This document shows, one piece after another, positions 9,849-20,073 of a DNA stretch of 64,000 nt. Numbering within the stretch: the stretch's first letter is position 1; the number at the start of each line of letters is the position of its first letter. The stretch covers positions 24,132 to 88,131 of the forward strand of contig JAHEIO010000002.1 of the NCBI GenBank assembly GCA_024639325.1, written 5' to 3'. Made by a program: the position numbers and the translations under genes. The notes under the pieces were generated by a model that saw only the letters and a list, made by a program, of their open reading frames with translations, searched no databases and was not told the DNA's origin. The stretch comes from Gammaproteobacteria bacterium (GTDB taxonomy: Bacteria; Pseudomonadota; Gammaproteobacteria; Arenicellales; JAANXG01).

Positions 9849-10958
9849 TCAGAAAGTGACTACGCTGCGGATCGATTCGCCCTTGTGCATGAGATCGAAC
9901 GCATTGTTGATGTCATCAAGCGGCATGGTGTGCGTTATCAGATCGTCGATATTGATCTTTCCTTCCATATACCAATCCACGATTTTTGGAACCTGGGTGC
10001 GTCCTTTGGCGCCACCGAAAGCGGTGCCGCGCCACACCCGGCCCGTTACCAGCTGAAAAGGCCGCGTGCTGATCTCCTGTCCCGCACCCGCGACACCGAT
10101 GATGACCGATTCACCCCAGCCCTTGTGGCAGCATTCCAGTGCCTGCCGCATCACTTCGACATTTCCAATGCATTCGAAACTGTAGTCCGCTCCGCCCTTG
10201 GTGACGTCGACGAGGTGGGCGACCAGATCTCCGTCCACGTCCTTCGGATTGACGAAATGCGTCATGCCGAAATTCCTTGCCAATGACTCCCTCGCAGGAT
10301 TGAGGTCGACGCCGACGATGATATCCGCGCCCACCAGGCGCAGTCCCTGGATGACGTTGAGTCCGATGCCCCCGAGTCCGAAAACCACGCAGTTGCTGCC
10401 GGGCTCCACACCTGCGGTGTTCATTACAGCGCCGATACCGGTGGTCACGCCGCAGCCTATATAACACACCTTGTCGAACGGTGCGTCCTGCCTGATTTTC
10501 GCAGCGGCGATCTCGGGCAGCACCGTGTAGTTTGAAAACGTGGACGTCCCCATGTAATGAAACACCGGGTCGTTGCCCAGTGAAAACCGGCTGGTGCCGT
10601 CGGGCATCAGACCCTGCCCCTGGGTCACCCGTATGGCCTGGCACAGATTTGTCTTGCCGCTGGTGCAATATTCACACTGGCGGCATTCCGGCGTGTACAG
10701 TGGGATGACGTGATCGCCCTTTTTGAGGCTGGTGACGTTGGGTCCGACATCCACCACAATGCCAGCGCCCTCGTGGCCGAGGACCGCGGGAAAAAGTCCC
10801 TCGGGGTCCGCGCCGGACAGAGTAAATTCATCGGTATGGCAAACTCCCGTCGCCTTGATTTCAACCAGAACCTCGCCATCTCTCGGGCCATCGAGCTGGA
10901 TCGTTTCAATGCTTAATGGGTCGCCGGCCTTGTGTGCCACCGCTGCTCTGGTTTCCAC
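9849..10958 (-). CDS. frmA: S-(hydroxymethyl)glutathione dehydrogenase / class III alcohol dehydrogenase
   Basis: 369 aa with [20 protein letters not shown] and [12 protein letters not shown] motifs and the zinc-ADH class III layout. GTG start with an AGGAG Shine-Dalgarno site about 7 nt upstream. Confidence 0.9.
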   Translation of the reverse strand: METRAAVAHKAGDPLSIETIQLDGPRDGEVLVEIKATGVCHTDEFTLSGADPEGLFPAVLGHEGAGIVVDVGPNVTSLKKGDHVIPLYTPECRQCEYCTSGKTNLCQAIRVTQGQGLMPDGTSRFSLGNDPVFHYMGTSTFSNYTVLPEIAAAKIRQDAPFDKVCYIGCGVTTGIGAVMNTAGVEPGSNCVVFGLGGIGLNVIQGLRLVGADIIVGVDLNPARESLARNFGMTHFVNPKDVDGDLVAHLVDVTKGGADYSFECIGNVEVMRQALECCHKGWGESVIIGVAGAGQEISTRPFQLVTGRVWRGTAFGGAKGRTQVPKIVDWYMEGKINIDDLITHTMPLDDINNAFDLMHKGESIRSVVTF

Positions 10959-11296
10959 GCCTAGTCTCCTTCGGGGTTGATCTGTTGAGGGGCGGTCATT
11001 GTTTCAATCTCCCGAGTTGAACGCAAGGAAAAACACAGGCCAGGACAAAGCATGGTCGGATTGGCGGGTTGCATGGCCCTGGATGCCTGCGACAAGTGAT
11101 GAAAGGCCGGTCTTTGTGTATTTGATCCGGGACATGTGTGCCTCGTTGTCGGGACCGGAATCATTGATGATCGTGCCGATATCGGAAGTAACGGTGTAAT
11201 GGTGAGTTCAACGGAAAACGAATGCCCCTTGCTGGACGCCTGATTCATGGGGACAATGCGCCTGTGTAGCCCGACAATACCAACCGGAGAATACTG

Positions 11297-13744
11297 ATGA
11301 GCAATTCATTTCCAGCCAATGCGCAGGTAGTCATTATCGGCGGTGGAATCATAGGCTGCAGCGTCGCCTACCATCTGACCAAACTGGGCTGGAAGGACGT
11401 CGTGTTGCTCGAGCGCAAGTCCCTGACCTGCGGCACCACGTGGCACGCCGCGGGACTGGTAGCGCAATTGCGCGCCACCCACAATATGACCCTGCTTGCA
11501 AAGTATACGGCGGAACTTTACCGCGGGCTGGAGGAAGAGACCGGGCAGGCCACGGGATTCAGACAGGCGGGGTCGCTGACCGTGGCCTCTACCGCAGAGC
11601 GATTCGAGGAACTGAAGCGCAGCGCATCGATGGGCCGCTGTTTCGACGTCGATGTGAATGTGTTGACGCCGGAGGAAGCCAAGAAAATGTGGCCGCTGGT
11701 CAACATCGAAGACATTGTCGGCGCTATACACATCCCCAAAGACGGCATGTGCAATCCCATTGACACGACCACGGCGCTGGCCAAGGGCGCGAAGATGGGC
11801 GGTGCTTCCATTTTCGAAGACACCCGCGTAACCGCGGTGCACAATAACAACGGGCGGGTGACGGGTGTCGCCACCGACAAAGGGGAGATCGCGGCGGACA
11901 TCGTTGTGAACTGCGCCGGCATGTGGGCGCGTGAAGTGGCGCGGATGTGCGGTGTCAACGTACCGCTGCACGCCGCGGAACACTTCTATATCGTCACCGA
12001 ACCGATGGAAGGCATGACCAATGATCTTCCGGTCATGCGCGACCTGAACGGCCATGCCTACTACAAGGCCGATGCCGGCAAGTTGCTGCTGGGTGCTTTC
12101 GAACCCAACGCCAAACCCTGGGGAATGGACGGAATTCCCGAGGACTTCAGCTTCGACACGCTGCCGGAAGACTGGGATCATTTCGAGCCGGTCATGGAAA
12201 AAGCCATACACAGGCTGCCAGCGCTGGCGGAAGCGGGGATACAGCTGTTCTTCTGCGGTCCGGAGAGTTTTACTCCCGACGACCGCTATCTGCTGGGTGA
12301 AGCGCCCGAACTCAAGAACTTCTTCGTCGCGGCAGGTTTCAACTCCGTGGGGATTCAATCCGGTGGAGGCGTGGGCAAGGTGCTGGCCTCCTGGATCGTG
12401 GATGGGGCCCCGCCGATGGATCTGTGGGATGTGGATATACGGCGCATGGCACCGTTTCAGGGCAACAGCCGGTACCTGCACGACCGGACCATCGAGGCCC
12501 TGGGCTTGTTGTACGACATGCATTGGCCGTTCCGGCAATTCGAGAGTGCGCGCGGCATCAAGCGCTCGCCTCTGCACGACCGGTTGCTGGCAAAAGGCGC
12601 GTGTTTCGGGGAAAGCACGGGGTGGGAGCGCCCTAATTGGTATGCCCCACGGGGGATTGAACCCCGCTACGAATATTCGTTCGGTCGTCAGAACTGGTTC
12701 GACCACAACGCGGCCGAACACAGGGCCGTCAGGGAGCAGGTCGCGCTATTCGATCAAACGTCATTTGCCAAGTTCCTGGTGCAGGGGCCGGATGCCGAAA
12801 AGGTATTGAACCGCATCTGCGCCAACGATCTATCGGTGCCGGCCGACCGTATCGTATATACACAGTGGTTGAACGAGCGCGGCGGTATAGAAGCGGATCT
12901 GACGGTGACCCGCCTCGATGAAAACAAATATTTCGTGATTACGGCTTTTGCAACCGAGTACCGGGATTACAACTGGCTGCAAAAGAATGTCCGCGAAGAC
13001 GAACGCGCGGTCGTGACCAATGTGACTTCCGGTTATGCCGTTATCAGTATCATGGGACCAAACTCCCGGGATTTATTGTCTGGCTTGACCACTGCCGACC
13101 TGTCAAGTCAGGCGTTCCCTTTCGGTACGTCGCGTGAAATCGAACTGGGCTACGCACTGGTGCGGGCGACCCGGATCACCTTTGTTGGAGAACTCGGCTG
13201 GGAACTTTATATCCCGACCGAGTTTGCCGTTGCGGTCTACGATCTGATCGTGGATAGAGGGCATTCGTTCGGACTGACCCACGCCGGATATCACACGCTG
13301 AACTCCTGCCGCATCGAAAAAGCCTATCGGCACTGGGGGCACGACATCACCGATGAGGATACGCCCCTCGAAGCCGGCCTCGGTTTCGCCGTGGCGTTCG
13401 ACAAACCCGGTGGTTTCATCGGCCGCGAAGCTCTGTTGAAAATGAATGAAGCAGGGATGACACGGCGCCTGCTGACATTTGCCCTGGAGGACCCGCAGCC
13501 GTTGATGTACCACGAGGAACCTATCTACCGGGACGGCGTCAAGGTCGGCAGCACCACGTCGGGCATGTTCGGCCACACGATTGGTTCGTCTATCGCGCTG
13601 GGCTATATCAGCCACCAAGACGGAGTCAGCAAGGACTTTATCGAATCCGGAAATTTTGAGATCGAGGTGGCGGCTCAGCGCATTCCCGCCCGCGCTTCGA
13701 TGCGTTGTTTCTATGATCCACGGCACGAAAGAATAAAGATTTGA
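11297..13744 (+). CDS. Dimethylglycine/sarcosine dehydrogenase family protein (FAD oxidase domain + GcvT-like folate-binding domain)
   Basis: 815 aa. The N-terminal VVIIGGGIIGCSVAYHL dinucleotide fold (DAO family) is followed by a C-terminal aminomethyltransferase-like region (...FAKFLVQGPDAEKVL...GELGWELY...). Confidence 0.8.
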   Translation: MSNSFPANAQVVIIGGGIIGCSVAYHLTKLGWKDVVLLERKSLTCGTTWHAAGLVAQLRATHNMTLLAKYTAELYRGLEEETGQATGFRQAGSLTVASTAERFEELKRSASMGRCFDVDVNVLTPEEAKKMWPLVNIEDIVGAIHIPKDGMCNPIDTTTALAKGAKMGGASIFEDTRVTAVHNNNGRVTGVATDKGEIAADIVVNCAGMWAREVARMCGVNVPLHAAEHFYIVTEPMEGMTNDLPVMRDLNGHAYYKADAGKLLLGAFEPNAKPWGMDGIPEDFSFDTLPEDWDHFEPVMEKAIHRLPALAEAGIQLFFCGPESFTPDDRYLLGEAPELKNFFVAAGFNSVGIQSGGGVGKVLASWIVDGAPPMDLWDVDIRRMAPFQGNSRYLHDRTIEALGLLYDMHWPFRQFESARGIKRSPLHDRLLAKGACFGESTGWERPNWYAPRGIEPRYEYSFGRQNWFDHNAAEHRAVREQVALFDQTSFAKFLVQGPDAEKVLNRICANDLSVPADRIVYTQWLNERGGIEADLTVTRLDENKYFVITAFATEYRDYNWLQKNVREDERAVVTNVTSGYAVISIMGPNSRDLLSGLTTADLSSQAFPFGTSREIELGYALVRATRITFVGELGWELYIPTEFAVAVYDLIVDRGHSFGLTHAGYHTLNSCRIEKAYRHWGHDITDEDTPLEAGLGFAVAFDKPGGFIGREALLKMNEAGMTRRLLTFALEDPQPLMYHEEPIYRDGVKVGSTTSGMFGHTIGSSIALGYISHQDGVSKDFIESGNFEIEVAAQRIPARASMRCFYDPRHERIKI

Positions 13745-13849
13745 GCGAACGAAGTCGAAGCATCGATATTGGAATGATAGGCATCGCCGATCTTCGAAAC
13801 GTCAACGGTATACTTTTTATTCGGGATATGAGCGGATATTATCAAGAGC

Positions 13850-14656
13850 ATGATCAACGAGGACCAGATCGAGCAGTATCATCAGCACGGCGTCACCTGT
13901 CTTCGCGGCGTGTTCGCGCAGGAGTGGATCGATCTGGCCCGTAAGGGTATCGCTTGCAATATCTCTAATCCGGGTCCGTTTTTCAGAGACCATACCAGCG
14001 AGGGTTCGACGGGGCGTTACGTATTCGACTTCTGGAACTGGCGAGAAATCCCGGAATTCAGGGATCTGATATTTCGATCCCCCTTGGGAAAGCTGGGTGC
14101 GGAAGTTCTGGGCCGTGATCGCGTGCTCATGCTCATGGATAACTGGTTCATGCGTGAATCGGGCTCGGTGGACGGCGCGCCCTGGCACCACGACGAACCT
14201 TACTTCGATTTTATCGGACCCATGTGCATCGTTTGGATCCCGCTCGAGAAAGTAAGCGCAGCGCAAGGACTCACTTTCGTGCGCGGCTCTCATAACTGGG
14301 GCCGGTTGTACGCAGCGCCGCAATTCAGCGACAACGTTTCTTTCGACTGTGTCGGCGATGAGTATCATCCCATGCCGGATTTCGACAGCCGTCTTCACGA
14401 ATTCCTGAGCTGGGACCTGCAGCCCGGCGACTGTCTGGTGTTCGACATCCGGACGATTCATGCTGCCAGCGCCAAGCACAGTGCACCCCTCACCTCACAT
14501 CGAATGACGTTTCGACTCGGCGGTGACGATGTGATCTTCGAGCCACGGGGAGCGTGGACGAAGGAGATCAGCGACCACCTCATCAGCCTGGGGCAGGCGT
14601 CGGGCAAAGCGCTGGACAATCCTCTAACCCCGGTTGTTTTCGAGCGCCGATCCTGA
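13850..14656 (+). CDS. Phytanoyl-CoA dioxygenase (PhyH) family oxygenase, paralog of 567-1490
   Basis: 268 aa with APWHHDEPYF (HxD) and TFVRGSHNWG. It shares the extended block F..W.W.EIPEFRDLIFRSP with the first PhyH protein. Confidence 0.75.
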   Translation: MINEDQIEQYHQHGVTCLRGVFAQEWIDLARKGIACNISNPGPFFRDHTSEGSTGRYVFDFWNWREIPEFRDLIFRSPLGKLGAEVLGRDRVLMLMDNWFMRESGSVDGAPWHHDEPYFDFIGPMCIVWIPLEKVSAAQGLTFVRGSHNWGRLYAAPQFSDNVSFDCVGDEYHPMPDFDSRLHEFLSWDLQPGDCLVFDIRTIHAASAKHSAPLTSHRMTFRLGGDDVIFEPRGAWTKEISDHLISLGQASGKALDNPLTPVVFERRS

Positions 14657-14752
14657 CAACCGCCGGAATCAGAGGTCATGGGTCGGCTCGTCGGCAATGC
14701 GGCCGGGTAAGAGGCCCGGCACTGTGCTGGTATACAATATACAAAATTGGCG

Positions 14753-14764
14753 TTTAGGCCTAAA
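14753..14764. promoter_or_regulatory. Perfect 12-bp palindrome upstream of fdsB
   Basis: TTTAGGCCTAAA lies about 22 nt upstream of ATG 14786. It is a possible regulator site, with no further support. Confidence 0.15.
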
Positions 14765-14785
14765 CCCATTTAGAGTAGTGCGACT

Positions 14786-16474
14786 ATGAACAATCAGGTA
14801 CACCAACGCCGGCACCCGGGTTCCGGTCGTGGCAAATTCCACAAAACACCCAAAGGCCGACAGGTCGACGAAGAATCATTGGCCGAAGTCGGGGCGTTGT
14901 TGGGCGACGAATCACGCCAGCGCGATCTGCTGATCGAGCACCTGCATACCATACAGGACTACTACGGTTGCCTGAAACACCGCCATCTGGCGGCTCTGGC
15001 TCAGGAAATGAGGCTGGCCATGGCCGAGGTATTCGAGGTGGCCACGTTTTACGCCCATTTCGACGTGGTGTCCGATGACGCCGAGGTGCCCGAGCTGACC
15101 GTACGGGTGTGCGACAGCGTCGTATGTGAAATGAAGGGCGCCAACGAATTGCTCGCCGAACTTACGCAACGTGCACCCGACGGCGTCAGGATTGTGGCTG
15201 CACCCTGCATGGGACGCTGTGCTGCTGCGCCGACACTCGAGGTGGGGCATCGTCATGTCGATCATTGTGACGTGGAAAAAGCGATCGATTGCATCGCACG
15301 CAGAGACACGGAACCGGAGGTGCCGGACTACCCGGATCTGGACAGATATCAGAACGATCGCGGCTATGTGCTGCTTCGATCCTGCCTTTCAGGAGAGCAC
15401 AATATTGAATCCTTGGTCGAAACTTTGGACCGATCCGGACTGCGCGGGCTTGGTGGCGCGGGATTTCCTACCTCGAGAAAATGGACGTTCGTGCGCGGAT
15501 ACCCCGGCCCGAGACTGATGGCGGTCAACGCCGATGAGGGTGAACCCGGCACGTTCAAGGACCGTTATTACATGGAGAACGATCCGCACAGGGTGCTGGA
15601 AGGCACGCTGATCGCGGCGTGGGCGGTCGGTGCCGAAGCGGTTTACTTCTACCTCAGGGACGAGTACCCGGGGATAAGAAAGATTCTGCAAAAAGAGATC
15701 CACAGACTCGACGCCGCCGGCCTCACACAACACGCTCCTATTATCCTGCGACGGGGTGCCGGCGCATATATCTGCGGTGAGGAGTCGTCCATGATCGAAT
15801 CCATCGAAGGAAAACGCGGGCTCCCCCGGCACCGTCCGCCCTACGTCGCAGAGGTCGGAATTTTCGGCAAACCGACCCTGGTGCAAAATGTCGAAACCTT
15901 GTACTGGGTCAGGGACATTTTGGAAAAGGGCGCCGACTGGTTCGCCGATCAGGGTAAAGGGAACTCGAAGGGGCCGCGCAGCTATTCCGTCTCCGGTCGG
16001 GTTCGTGAGCCCGGTGTAAAAATAGCCCCGGCGGGTACGACAATCAGGGAACTGATCGAAGATTATTGCGGCGGCATGGAGGAGGGTCACGTCTTCAAGG
16101 GCTACCTGCCGGGTGGCGCTTCTGGGGGTATTCTCCCTGCGTCGATGGACGATCTGCCGCTGGACTTCGGCACCCTTCAAAAACATGGGTGTTTTATCGG
16201 ATCCGCCGCGATCGTGGTGTTCAGCGACAAGGACAGTGCCAAAGACGTTGCATTGAATCTGATGCGTTTTTTCGAGGACGAGAGTTGCGGCCAGTGTACG
16301 CCGTGCCGATCCGGCACGGAGAAGGCGGTGACGTTGATGTCTGAAAAGGACTGGGACGAACCGCTGCTTGCGGAGCTGGGCGCAACCATGACGGACGCTT
16401 CCATATGCGGTCTGGGGCAGGCGGCAGCCAATCCGCTGCATAGCATTTTCCGGTATTTTCGTGAGGAACTGTAG
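14786..16474 (+). CDS. fdsB: NAD-dependent formate dehydrogenase beta subunit with fused N-terminal NuoE/FdsG-like domain
   Basis: 562 aa. A NuoE-like thioredoxin-fold [2Fe-2S] region (VCDSVVCEMKG...APCMGRCAAAP) is followed by a NuoF-like NADH/FMN region (GLGGAGFPT, NADEGEPGTFKDR) and a 4Fe-4S motif (ESCGQCTPCR). Confidence 0.85.
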   Translation: MNNQVHQRRHPGSGRGKFHKTPKGRQVDEESLAEVGALLGDESRQRDLLIEHLHTIQDYYGCLKHRHLAALAQEMRLAMAEVFEVATFYAHFDVVSDDAEVPELTVRVCDSVVCEMKGANELLAELTQRAPDGVRIVAAPCMGRCAAAPTLEVGHRHVDHCDVEKAIDCIARRDTEPEVPDYPDLDRYQNDRGYVLLRSCLSGEHNIESLVETLDRSGLRGLGGAGFPTSRKWTFVRGYPGPRLMAVNADEGEPGTFKDRYYMENDPHRVLEGTLIAAWAVGAEAVYFYLRDEYPGIRKILQKEIHRLDAAGLTQHAPIILRRGAGAYICGEESSMIESIEGKRGLPRHRPPYVAEVGIFGKPTLVQNVETLYWVRDILEKGADWFADQGKGNSKGPRSYSVSGRVREPGVKIAPAGTTIRELIEDYCGGMEEGHVFKGYLPGGASGGILPASMDDLPLDFGTLQKHGCFIGSAAIVVFSDKDSAKDVALNLMRFFEDESCGQCTPCRSGTEKAVTLMSEKDWDEPLLAELGATMTDASICGLGQAAANPLHSIFRYFREEL

Positions 16475-19240
16475 ATGAACGAGAAATTTCAATCAGGGGC
16501 CGGAATCCAGTTTACTCTAGATGGCCGCTCGGTCGAGGCGCGCTCCGAGGAAACGATTTGGCAGGTTGCGCGGCGACTGGGCAATGAGTTGCCGCACCTG
16601 TGTTTCAAGGACTCGCACGGCTATCGTCCTGACGGCAATTGCCGGGCATGTATGGTCGAAGTCGAAGGTGAGGCCGCGCTGGCCGCATCGTGCCTCCGGA
16701 AACCTGCGCGGGGAATGGTGGTAAATACAGCCGGGAAGCGACCGGAAAGCGCTCGCCGCAGCGTAATCGAAATGTTGATCGCGGATCAACCCGAGCGCGA
16801 TAGCGGCCCCGAACACGATTCCCGTCTGTGGCAGTGGGCAGACCGCCTCGATGTCAGGAAAAGCCGGTATCCGGCTCGCGACTATGTTGAACATGATGCA
16901 TCGCATCCAGCCATGTGGGTGCGTCTCGATGCCTGCATACAGTGCAGTCTGTGCGTGCGTGCATGTCGCGAGGTCCAGGTCAATGACGTTATTGGCATGG
17001 CTTACAGAGGGCATCATTCTAAGATAGTTTTCGATTTCGATGACCAGATGGGGTCCAGCACCTGTGTTGCATGCGGGGAGTGCGTACAGGCATGTCCGAC
17101 GGGCGCTTTGATGGAAAAGTCGCTGGTGGACGAAACCGGCCGCGATCGGCGCATTCCGCTAACGGAAATCGACAGCATATGCCCTTATTGCGGGGTGGGT
17201 TGCCAGATCACTTATCAGGTAAACGACAATAACATCGTGGCGGTGCAGGGGCGGGACGGTCCGGCCAACCACAACAGACTGTGCATCAAGGGCCGGTTCG
17301 GCTTCGACTACATCAAGCACCCCCATCGATTGACCCGGCCGCTGATTCGCCTGGAAGGCGCGACCAAGAGCCCGGATTGCGAGGTGGATCCCGCCGATAC
17401 GTCCACGCATTTTCGTGAGGCGACATGGGAAGAGGCGCTCGATTTGGCCGCGCGCGGTCTGAAAAATATTCGCGACCATGAAGGATCGGACGCACTGTCC
17501 GGATTCGGCTCTGCCAAGGGTTCGAACGAGGAGGCGTACATGGTCCAGAAGCTGGTCAGGACCGGCTTCGGTACGAACAACGTTGACCACTGCACTCGCC
17601 TGTGCCATGCCTCGTCGGTGGCTGCGCTGCTCGAAGGGATTGGATCCGGCGCGGTGACCGCGCCGTTCACGGCCTGCCTCGATGCGGATGTGATCATTCT
17701 AATTGGCACCAATGCCGCCGATAACCACCCGGTAGCGGCGACGTTTTTCAAGCAGGCGGCAAAGATGGGTAAAACGCTGATCATCTGCGACCCGCGGGGC
17801 AATCCCCTGCGGCGCCACGCCGCCCATATGCTGCAATTCAAGGCGGGAACGGATGTAGCGCTGCTGAATGCCATGCTCAATGTCATCGTGACCGAGCAGC
17901 TGTACAACGAGCAATACATTTCCCGGTTCACCGGAGGATTCGAGCATCTTGTGCGGCACATCGCGGACTTCACGCCGGAGGCCATGGAAAAGATCTGCGG
18001 TATCGACGCCGATGTCATACGCACGGTGGCGCGCACCTATGCCACCGCTGACCGATCCATAATATTCTGGGGGATGGGGATCTCCCAGCACATCCACGGT
18101 ACGGACAATGCGCGCTGTCTTATCGCCCTGGCGCTGATCACGGGGCAGGTCGGGCGGCCGGGAACGGGGTTGCATCCCCTGCGCGGCCAGAACAACGTGC
18201 AGGGTGCATCCGACGCGGGTCTTATTCCCATGATGTTTCCCGACTACCAGTCGGTGGAATCGGCAGACATACGCAAGCGCTTCGAAGACGTTTGGGGTGC
18301 GCCGCTCGATTCAAACAAGGGCCTTACCGTGGTCGAGATCATGAATGCCGTTGTTGCCGGCCGGATCAAGGGCATGTACATAATGGGAGAAAACCCGGCG
18401 ATGTCCGATCCGGATTCCCAGCACGCCCGTGAAGCGCTTGCCAAGCTGGACCATCTGGTGGTCCAGGACCTGTTCCTGACGGAGACCGCTTTCCACGCCG
18501 ATGTCGTGCTGCCGGCATCCGCTTGGCCGGAGAAAAACGGCACCGTGACAAATTCGAACCGGCAGGTGCAGATAGGTCGTGCGGCGCTCGACCTGCCCGG
18601 GGATGCCCGCCAGGACTGGTGGATCATACAGGAGCTGGCCAGGCGCCTTGATCTTGGTTGGAACTATTCAGGCCCGGCCGACGTTTTTGCGGAAATGAAG
18701 CAGGTCATGCCTTCTCTTGACAATATCACCTGGGATCGTCTGCTTCGGGAAAGCGCGGTGACCTATCCCTGCCCGGATCCGGATGCGCCGGGTGAAGCTA
18801 TCGTATTCGGTGACGGCTTCCCGACCCCAACGAAGCGCGGGCGCGTGGTTCCAGCAAGCTACAATGCGCCTGGGGAACTGCCGGATGAGTCATATCCGTT
18901 CGTGTTGACCACCGGGCGACAGCTGGAACACTGGCATACCGGAACTATGACCCGCCGGTCGGCGGTCCTCGATGCCATAGAGCCGGAAGCCGTTGCCAGC
19001 CTGTCGCCGCGGGATATCGACCGCCTGGGGATCCGCGCCGGGGAACGCATCCGCGTGCAGACACGGCGCGGCGCCATCGAGATGAAAACGCGCCGGGATA
19101 CCGGCATTCCCGAAGGAATGATATTCATTCCTTTCTGTTTCGCCGAAGCGGCGGCGAACGTCCTGACGAGCCCAGAGCTCGATCCGATCGGGAAGATACC
19201 CGAGTTCAAATTCTGTGCGGCCAGGATAGAAGCCGTGTGA
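16475..19240 (+). CDS. fdsA: NAD-dependent formate dehydrogenase alpha subunit (molybdopterin, cysteine-type)
   Basis: 921 aa with N-terminal 2Fe-2S and 4Fe-4S cysteine clusters (CIQCSLCVRACRE, CVACGECVQACPTGAL) and CPYCGVGC. The Mo-ligand region reads VDHCTRLCHASS, with Cys and no in-frame UGA. ATG follows directly after the fdsB TAG. Confidence 0.9.
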   Translation: MNEKFQSGAGIQFTLDGRSVEARSEETIWQVARRLGNELPHLCFKDSHGYRPDGNCRACMVEVEGEAALAASCLRKPARGMVVNTAGKRPESARRSVIEMLIADQPERDSGPEHDSRLWQWADRLDVRKSRYPARDYVEHDASHPAMWVRLDACIQCSLCVRACREVQVNDVIGMAYRGHHSKIVFDFDDQMGSSTCVACGECVQACPTGALMEKSLVDETGRDRRIPLTEIDSICPYCGVGCQITYQVNDNNIVAVQGRDGPANHNRLCIKGRFGFDYIKHPHRLTRPLIRLEGATKSPDCEVDPADTSTHFREATWEEALDLAARGLKNIRDHEGSDALSGFGSAKGSNEEAYMVQKLVRTGFGTNNVDHCTRLCHASSVAALLEGIGSGAVTAPFTACLDADVIILIGTNAADNHPVAATFFKQAAKMGKTLIICDPRGNPLRRHAAHMLQFKAGTDVALLNAMLNVIVTEQLYNEQYISRFTGGFEHLVRHIADFTPEAMEKICGIDADVIRTVARTYATADRSIIFWGMGISQHIHGTDNARCLIALALITGQVGRPGTGLHPLRGQNNVQGASDAGLIPMMFPDYQSVESADIRKRFEDVWGAPLDSNKGLTVVEIMNAVVAGRIKGMYIMGENPAMSDPDSQHAREALAKLDHLVVQDLFLTETAFHADVVLPASAWPEKNGTVTNSNRQVQIGRAALDLPGDARQDWWIIQELARRLDLGWNYSGPADVFAEMKQVMPSLDNITWDRLLRESAVTYPCPDPDAPGEAIVFGDGFPTPTKRGRVVPASYNAPGELPDESYPFVLTTGRQLEHWHTGTMTRRSAVLDAIEPEAVASLSPRDIDRLGIRAGERIRVQTRRGAIEMKTRRDTGIPEGMIFIPFCFAEAAANVLTSPELDPIGKIPEFKFCAARIEAV

Positions 19241-19326
19241 ATTGCACGCACTCGGTATCACTGCCACCAGCGAAACGCCGTAATTAGCGCCGGCCACCAA
19301 GCCGGGCCATCCGTTGCCGATTCCGC

Positions 19327-19806
19327 TTACTGTACGCCGCTCGACATGTAATCAACCGCGGCTTTCACGGCGTCGTCGCTCAGGCTCATGTTGCCCCCTT
19401 TCGCGGGCATGGTGTTGAAGCCTTTTATTGCATGTTCGTACATGGTGTCGTCACCCTGCGCGATCCGTGGTTCCCACGCCGCCGCATCTCCGAATTTCGG
19501 GGCGCCGGCGATCCCCGCCGTATGACAGACCGCGCACGCGCTCTGATAGACCTGCTCGCCGGAAAGCGTCTCGGCAGAAGGCGCCGCGGCGGTTGTTCCC
19601 GCAACCTCGCCGACGGCTACGCTGCCCGCGGGCGTTGTTCTTGCCAGCGTCACCTCATCCTTGGCTTTTATTTTTACATCGGAATCAGCGATACCCCCCC
19701 CGACGATATGCGCGAGAATGATGAGAAAGATTGTCAGGACGACCATTCCGGCTAGGGTGGCGGCGAATACCTTGCCGAACTTGGCGTCGCTCATGTGTTC
19801 ACTCAT
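19327..19806 (-). CDS. Membrane-anchored cytochrome c5-type c-type cytochrome
   Basis: 159 aa with an N-terminal hydrophobic anchor and the haem motif CAVCHTAGIAGAPKFGD followed by ...MPAKGG. Confidence 0.85.
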   Translation of the reverse strand: MSEHMSDAKFGKVFAATLAGMVVLTIFLIILAHIVGGGIADSDVKIKAKDEVTLARTTPAGSVAVGEVAGTTAAAPSAETLSGEQVYQSACAVCHTAGIAGAPKFGDAAAWEPRIAQGDDTMYEHAIKGFNTMPAKGGNMSLSDDAVKAAVDYMSSGVQ

Positions 19807-19993
19807 TGCATGTTATCTCTTGAATAATTGACGGCTACGATTGGTGGTGGCCGAATCGTAAATTGATATTGGATAGGGTGGCGAGTATACCTCAAAATTA
19901 CCACTCGCTACACGGGCGGAGCGGGCCGAATCCGCGCCGGGTGAATTCGTTGTTGATCGGACTTACAATATCCCCGATCATGTTGCCCTCAGC

Positions 19994-20070
19994 GCGCCTG
20001 TAGCTCAGTTGGATAGAGTGTTGGCCTCCGAAGCCAAAGGTCACAGGTTCAAATCCTGTCAGGCGCGCCA
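19994..20070 (+). tRNA. tRNA-Arg (anticodon CCG)
   Basis: Hand-folded cloverleaf of 77 nt. Acceptor GCGCCTG/CAGGCGC, D-arm GCTC-AGTTGGATA-GAGT, anticodon arm TTGGC-CTCCGAA-GCCAA, T-arm ACAGG-TTCAAAT-CCTGT, encoded CCA. Confidence 0.9.
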
Positions 20071-20073
20071 GTT

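Noticed and set aside
10959-11296. Long 5' region of the DMGDH-like gene, considered as a possible glycine/THF-type riboswitch
   Set aside because: I could not recognise the conserved cores of those riboswitch classes. Only weak direct repeats are present, so it is treated as an ordinary divergent promoter region.
11306-12721. 471-aa ORF on the minus strand
   Set aside because: It is entirely antisense to the well-supported DMGDH-like gene. The translation is Arg/Gly/Pro-rich with no motif, typical of a GC-rich shadow ORF.
15389-16492. 367-aa ORF on the minus strand
   Set aside because: It is antisense to fdsB. The translation is low-complexity and Arg-rich, with no recognisable domain.
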